64,000 bases of DNA. It comes from Phoronis australis. Its lineage: Eukaryota; Animalia; Phoronida. Under the pieces are notes generated by a model. It saw only the letters and a program-made list of their open reading frames with translations. It had not been told where the DNA came from and made no database searches. The stretch covers positions 1 through 64,000 of the forward strand of contig NMRA01000940.1 of the NCBI GenBank assembly GCA_002633005.1. Direction: 5' to 3'. The translations under genes and the position numbers were made by a program. Below are positions 62,201 to 64,000 of this stretch, one piece after another (the first letter of the stretch is position 1; the number at the start of each line of letters is the position of its first letter).

Positions 62201-64000
62201 TAATTGCCTAACGCCAAAGTAGCGCGCAGTGCAAATGTCAACACCATGACGCCGAGGCAAGAGTGTGTTCCATAGATGCGAGAATCTCGCGAGAACACAA
62301 GACGACACAGAGCTTCGCGCGAGATATTGCCATGTAGTACGAGCTAAATTCTTGTGTCTACGAAATTCAAACCAGGCGAACATTTCAATAGTCGCAGGAA
62401 CCTCTCAACAACGTAATACCACGCAAGACATCGCGAAATATCGCCACGTGATTGCAAGACAAGCATGTGATCACACTAGCTTCCTCCGCGACAATCTTTC
62501 GTTTACGGAACTTAAGGGAGAATGCCACCCAAACAACAACCTAGTTTGTATCAATTTATATCGACTAGTTCCACTGGACAACAGCAAGTACAGCTCTTTT
62601 ACCTGACACCTGACGGCAGACGGAGGTGTTGAAATTAACCAATGACGTCAGAGGTTCGAATGCAGTCTGTGCAGCAGTTCACAGCACGCTTACTGTTGTC
62701 AGATTATCGCTTGAGTTCATCGTTTTACACCAATAAATTATCACAATTCTATGTAAAACCCTTGCAAACTCACGGTTAACACGAAGTAAACCAATAAAAA
62801 ATATGTATGCTGTGACGACATATTATTTGTAATGAGCCAATGAGAGACTGCACTGGATCGAAATGCCATTGGCTGAACCAATACATTATGGATTTATGTT
62901 CGTTTTTGGACATAACATGAGATAAAATTGACGATCAAGATTCTATAAAATTCCATCTTTATTACAAGTACTCGACGTTTCACAACTTCCACTGAGCTGT
63001 ATTATCAAGAGAATGTGGTGCAAAATTTTCGAATCCATCGCATATTGGAAAGATGCTACACGCAACATAAAACATATGGCGGGAAATTAGAGAGACTATG
63101 TAATTAGCTGGATGTCATAGGATGACGACGTTCTATTGAGTTGGGTTTTGAGCTCTAAAATTTTGAATCTTTCCTTTACAAACAGAAGAAATTTACAAGT
63201 ATCGTGATCTAAAATTTTATTGTTGTCAAAATCGGTCTCGTGACCGGTATCTATCACATGGCTATTAACAGATTTTTTATCAAGTTTCAAAATACAACAC
63301 GTCATGCCAGAAATATAATGCGTTACAGTCAATACAGCTCTAACAATACACAACATTAGACCGCTTAGGTGTGGGCATTGGGAATGGTTTGGAGCTATTG
63401 AGAAATCTAAGGCATATTGGTAGTAAGAATAACAACAGGCTCTCTTGATGATACATCTCAGTGGAAGCTGTGCGTCGAGTGCTTGTAATAAAGATGGAAT
63501 TTTATATAACCTTGATCGTCAACTTTATCTTAATTATGGATGTCGGTAGCGTTTGATGTGCGCCACCGAGTGATATAAAATCGTCGAGTTTGTTGACGGT
63601 CGTTAGTAATAGAAACCAATCCCAACTTTTAATAGAAAACCAATCGCGACTTTTCAGTGACATCAAAACAAAGTTTGTGGAGGTCACAGAGTATAATTAT
63701 ACATTTATGGGAAAATGCAAAGTTTTTAACTAACTCAGTGCATTAGCACAACTGAGTTGCTTTTCACAGAAATATATTCTCTTTAAATTAACAGGCAGTG
63801 ACGATATACCTTTTGGAACGGACATGTTTAGAACTATTGGATTTCCGGACCAACTAACAACGTCACCCGTGCCGTTGAATGTCACTTTCAAATACCCCAA
63901 ATAGACGGCGAACATGTAGTCTTGAACGACGAGCACAGATCTCCCAGTTTCAACAGAGGACGGCACAACCGTCGGATACGGACCATCAACTTCAGTAGGC
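56234..64000 (-). CDS. Ecto-5'-nucleotidase (CD73/NT5E-like), last five exons; the gene extends beyond the window end
   Basis: Exons >64000-63810, 61427-61167, 60901-60758, 58138-57935, 56463-56234 (phases consistent). Motifs GPYPTVV, VLVVQ, YLGYLKVTF, GNPI, ECNLGNFICDA, NAGGLR, VLPFLN, FLQVSG, VLCSHCRVP, GGDGY and GVEGRI, plus a hydrophobic GPI-type C-terminal signal. Confidence 0.92.
56639..56775. mobile_element. MITE (137 bp) with 5-bp TSD GATTC, hAT5-like
   Basis: GATTC|CAGGGGCGGATCCAGG...CTAAATCCGCCACTG|GATTC. Confidence 0.85.
62944..63506 (-). mobile_element. 5'-truncated Penelope-like retroelement: GIY-YIG C-terminal remnant between inverted pseudo-LTR ends
   Basis: ORF 63096-63356(-) has KSVNSHVIDTGHETDFDNNKILD...KE..KI...QLNR, typical of the end of a Penelope GIY-YIG endonuclease. 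62944-63012 and 63441-63506 are ~68-bp inverted repeats, each containing AATAAA. Confidence 0.8.
62971..63011 (-). ncRNA. Minimal type-I hammerhead ribozyme motif of Penelope-like elements
   Basis: Minus strand reads CTC-TTGATAA-T-ACAGC-tcagtggaa-GTTGT-GAAAC-GTC-GAG: stem I CTC/GAG, a variant CUGAnGA core, stem II, GAAA, palindromic ACGT stem III and a GUC cleavage triplet. Confidence 0.65.

Overview
Eukaryotic (intron-rich, AT-rich) genomic DNA from a bilaterian invertebrate; a marine lophotrochozoan such as a mollusc is plausible but not provable from this window. I assembled five protein-coding genes by hand from GT-AG splice sites with consistent exon phases, arranged AKAP17A(+) / Kelch-like BTB-BACK-Kelch gene(-) / MAT2B(+) / GUF1(-) / 3' part of a GPI-anchored 5'-nucleotidase(-). 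The introns and intergenic spaces hold many transposon relics. These include a young TTAA-flanked Kolobok-like element with ~260-bp TIRs and a THAP ORF just behind the GUF1 stop codon, and a Penelope-like fragment with inverted pseudo-LTRs carrying a minimal hammerhead ribozyme. There is also a Helentron/HINE-like tandem array in which every unit carries a CTCF-like motif, several MITEs with 5-bp or TA target duplications, and tRNA-derived SINE heads. One assembly gap lies at 31791-32239. I cannot claim a wholly new system from sequence alone. The best leads are the mobile CTCF-motif array, the Kolobok/THAP cassette in the probable GUF1 3' UTR, and the Penelope hammerhead pair.
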